Source: Flectonema sp. DT1601 (taxonomy: Eukaryota). From it: a DNA stretch of 64,000 bases. Made by a program: the position numbers and the translations under genes. A model generated the notes under the pieces. It had not been told where the DNA came from, did not search any database, and saw nothing but the letters and a program-made list of their open reading frames with translations. Within the stretch, counting starts at the first letter, position 1. Every line of letters starts with the position of its first letter. The DNA lies in assembly GCA_964019425.1 (NCBI GenBank), contig OZ025788.1, positions 1,488,001-1,552,000 of the forward strand, given 5' to 3'. Positions 59,801-64,000 of the stretch are shown here, one piece after another.

Positions 59801-62800
59801 CCCGCAAACCCGCAAACCCGCAAACCCGCAAACCCGCAAACCCGCAAACCCGCAAACCCGCAAACCCGCAAACCCGCAAACCCGCAAACCCGCAAACCCG
59901 CAAACCCGCAAACCCGCAAACCCGCAAACCCGCAAACCCGCAAACCCGCAAACCCGCAAACCCGCAAACCCGCAAACCCGCAAACCCGCAAACCCGCAAA
60001 CCCGCAAACCCGCAAACCCGCAAACCCGCAAACCCGCAAACCCGCAAACCCGCAAACCCGCAAACCCGCAAACCCGCAAACCCGCAAACCCGCAAACCCG
60101 CAAACCCGCAAACCCGCAAACCCGCAAACCCGCAAACCCGCAAACCCGCAAACCCGCAAACCCGCAAACCCGCAAACCCGCAAACCCGCAAACCCGCAAA
60201 CCCGCAAACCCGCAAACCCGCAAACCCGCAAACCCGCAAACCCGCAAACCCGCAAACCCGCAAACCCGCAAACCCGCAAACCCGCAAACCCGCAAACCCG
60301 CAAACCCGCAAACCCGCAAACCCGCAAACCCGCAAACCCGCAAACCCGCAAACCCGCAAACCCGCAAACCCGCAAACCCGCAAACCCGCAAACCCGCAAA
60401 CCCGCAAACCCGCAAACCCGCAAACCCGCAAACCCGCAAACCCGCAAACCCGCAAACCCGCAAACCCGCAAACCCGCAAACCCGCAAACCCGCAAACCCG
60501 CAAACCCGCAAACCCGCAAACCCGCAAACCCGCAAACCCGCAAACCCGCAAACCCGCAAACCCGCAAACCCGCAAACCCGCAAACCCGCAAACCCGCAAA
60601 CCCGCAAACCCGCAAACCCGCAAACCCGCAAACCCGCAAACCCGCAAACCCGCAAACCCGCAAACCCGCAAACCCGCAAACCCGCAAACCCGCAAACCCG
60701 CAAACCCGCAAACCCGCAAACCCGCAAACCCGCAAACCCGCAAACCCGCAAACCCGCAAACCCGCAAACCCGCAAACCCGCAAACCCGCAAACCCGCAAA
60801 CCCGCAAACCCGCAAACCCGCAAACCCGCAAACCCGCAAACCCGCAAACCCGCAAACCCGCAAACCCGCAAACCCGCAAACCCGCAAACCCGCAAACCCG
60901 CAAACCCGCAAACCCGCAAACCCGCAAACCCGCAAACCCGCAAACCCGCAAACCCGCAAACCCGCAAACCCGCAAACCCGCAAACCCGCAAACCCGCAAA
61001 CCCGCAAACCCGCAAACCCGCAAACCCGCAAACCCGCAAACCCGCAAACCCGCAAACCCGCAAACCCGCAAACCCGCAAACCCGCAAACCCGCAAACCCG
61101 CAAACCCGCAAACCCGCAAACCCGCAAACCCGCAAACCCGCAAACCCGCAAACCCGCAAACCCGCAAACCCGCAAACCCGCAAACCCGCAAACCCGCAAA
61201 CCCGCAAACCCGCAAACCCGCAAACCCGCAAACCCGCAAACCCGCAAACCCGCAAACCCGCAAACCCGCAAACCCGCAAACCCGCAAACCCGCAAACCCG
61301 CAAACCCGCAAACCCGCAAACCCGCAAACCCGCAAACCCGCAAACCCGCAAACCCGCAAACCCGCAAACCCGCAAACCCGCAAACCCGCAAACCCGCAAA
61401 CCCGCAAACCCGCAAACCCGCAAACCCGCAAACCCGCAAACCCGCAAACCCGCAAACCCGCAAACCCGCAAACCCGCAAACCCGCAAACCCGCAAACCCG
61501 CAAACCCGCAAACCCGCAAACCCGCAAACCCGCAAACCCGCAAACCCGCAAACCCGCAAACCCGCAAACCCGCAAACCCGCAAACCCGCAAACCCGCAAA
61601 CCCGCAAACCCGCAAACCCGCAAACCCGCAAACCCGCAAACCCGCAAACCCGCAAACCCGCAAACCCGCAAACCCGCAAACCCGCAAACCCGCAAACCCG
61701 CAAACCCGCAAACCCGCAAACCCGCAAACCCGCAAACCCGCAAACCCGCAAACCCGCAAACCCGCAAACCCGCAAACCCGCAAACCCGCAAACCCGCAAA
61801 CCCGCAAACCCGCAAACCCGCAAACCCGCAAACCCGCAAACCCGCAAACCCGCAAACCCGCAAACCCGCAAACCCGCAAACCCGCAAACCCGCAAACCCG
61901 CAAACCCGCAAACCCGCAAACCCGCAAACCCGCAAACCCGCAAACCCGCAAACCCGCAAACCCGCAAACCCGCAAACCCGCAAACCCGCAAACCCGCAAA
62001 CCCGCAAACCCGCAAACCCGCAAACCCGCAAACCCGCAAACCCGCAAACCCGCAAACCCGCAAACCCGCAAACCCGCAAACCCGCAAACCCGCAAACCCG
62101 CAAACCCGCAAACCCGCAAACCCGCAAACCCGCAAACCCGCAAACCCGCAAACCCGCAAACCCGCAAACCCGCAAACCCGCAAACCCGCAAACCCGCAAA
62201 CCCGCAAACCCGCAAACCCGCAAACCCGCAAACCCGCAAACCCGCAAACCCGCAAACCCGCAAACCCGCAAACCCGCAAACCCGCAAACCCGCAAACCCG
62301 CAAACCCGCAAACCCGCAAACCCGCAAACCCGCAAACCCGCAAACCCGCAAACCCGCAAACCCGCAAACCCGCAAACCCGCAAACCCGCAAACCCGCAAA
62401 CCCGCAAACCCGCAAACCCGCAAACCCGCAAACCCGCAAACCCGCAAACCCGCAAACCCGCAAACCCGCAAACCCGCAAACCCGCAAACCCGCAAACCCG
62501 CAAACCCGCAAACCCGCAAACCCGCAAACCCGCAAACCCGCAAACCCGCAAACCCGCAAACCCGCAAACCCGCAAACCCGCAAACCCGCAAACCCGCAAA
62601 CCCGCAAACCCGCAAACCCGCAAACCCGCAAACCCGCAAACCCGCAAACCCGCAAACCCGCAAACCCGCAAACCCGCAAACCCGCAAACCCGCAAACCCG
62701 CAAACCCGCAAACCCGCAAACCCGCAAACCCGCAAACCCGCAAACCCGCAAACCCGCAAACCCGCAAACCCGCAAACCCGCAAACCCGCAAACCCGCAAA

Positions 62801-64000
62801 CCCGCAAACCCGCAAACCCGCAAACCCGCAAACCCGCAAACCCGCAAACCCGCAAACCCGCAAACCCGCAAACCCGCAAACCCGCAAACCCGCAAACCCG
62901 CAAACCCGCAAACCCGCAAACCCGCAAACCCGCAAACCCGCAAACCCGCAAACCCGCAAACCCGCAAACCCGCAAACCCGCAAACCCGCAAACCCGCAAA
63001 CCCGCAAACCCGCAAACCCGCAAACCCGCAAACCCGCAAACCCGCAAACCCGCAAACCCGCAAACCCGCAAACCCGCAAACCCGCAAACCCGCAAACCCG
63101 CAAACCCGCAAACCCGCAAACCCGCAAACCCGCAAACCCGCAAACCCGCAAACCCGCAAACCCGCAAACCCGCAAACCCGCAAACCCGCAAACCCGCAAA
63201 CCCGCAAACCCGCAAACCCGCAAACCCGCAAACCCGCAAACCCGCAAACCCGCAAACCCGCAAACCCGCAAACCCGCAAACCCGCAAACCCGCAAACCCG
63301 CAAACCCGCAAACCCGCAAACCCGCAAACCCGCAAACCCGCAAACCCGCAAACCCGCAAACCCGCAAACCCGCAAACCCGCAAACCCGCAAACCCGCAAA
63401 CCCGCAAACCCGCAAACCCGCAAACCCGCAAACCCGCAAACCCGCAAACCCGCAAACCCGCAAACCCGCAAACCCGCAAACCCGCAAACCCGCAAACCCG
63501 CAAACCCGCAAACCCGCAAACCCGCAAACCCGCAAACCCGCAAACCCGCAAACCCGCAAACCCGCAAACCCGCAAACCCGCAAACCCGCAAACCCGCAAA
63601 CCCGCAAACCCGCAAACCCGCAAACCCGCAAACCCGCAAACCCGCAAACCCGCAAACCCGCAAACCCGCAAACCCGCAAACCCGCAAACCCGCAAACCCG
63701 CAAACCCGCAAACCCGCAAACCCGCAAACCCGCAAACCCGCAAACCCGCAAACCCGCAAACCCGCAAACCCGCAAACCCGCAAACCCGCAAACCCGCAAA
63801 CCCGCAAACCCGCAAACCCGCAAACCCGCAAACCCGCAAACCCGCAAACCCGCAAACCCGCAAACCCGCAAACCCGCAAACCCGCAAACCCGCAAACCCG
63901 CAAACCCGCAAACCCGCAAACCCGCAAACCCGCAAACCCGCAAACCCGCAAACCCGCAAACCCGCAAACCCGCAAACCCGCAAACCCGCAAACCCGCAAA
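56873..64000. repeat. (CCCGCAAA)n satellite, >7.1 kb, running off the window
   Basis: Near-perfect 8-bp repeat; one CCCACAAA variant near 56921. Confidence 0.99.

Noticed and set aside
49222..63999. Very long ORFs of RVCGFAGL / PANPQTRK repeats (also at 32132-32638 and 45232-45588)
   Set aside because: Artefact of a stop-free 8-bp satellite that is open in all frames

Overview
Eukaryotic protist DNA, probably euglenozoan/diplonemid-like (inferred from short GTATGT..CAG introns, pyrimidine-tract+AG acceptors in front of intronless ORFs, and a VIPER/TATE-type element). The left half holds host genes on the + strand: the 3' part of a giant spliced mucin-like membrane protein (~198 x 99-bp repeats, TM helix, C-terminal ubiquitin-like domain), a spliced membrane-anchored PDI/TMX-like protein ending in KKNQ, an EXS-domain (XPR1/PHO1-like) protein, and a decayed P-loop pseudogene. 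The right half (30.9-64 kb) is a (CCCGCAAA)n satellite interrupted by mobile elements at fixed positions within the 8-mer. (1) An intact 12.7-kb Helitron (RepHel plus two OTU-like domains) and (2) a 3.9-kb non-autonomous relative are both inserted at GGGTT|TGCGGG, in the same orientation and with no duplication. (3) An intact 4.85-kb tyrosine-recombinase retrotransposon has split direct repeats, and (4) a ~530-bp element shows the same junctions. The main finding is an apparently sequence-targeted Helitron family that shares one repeat niche with a YR retroelement family. All of this was read by eye; no database searches were run.
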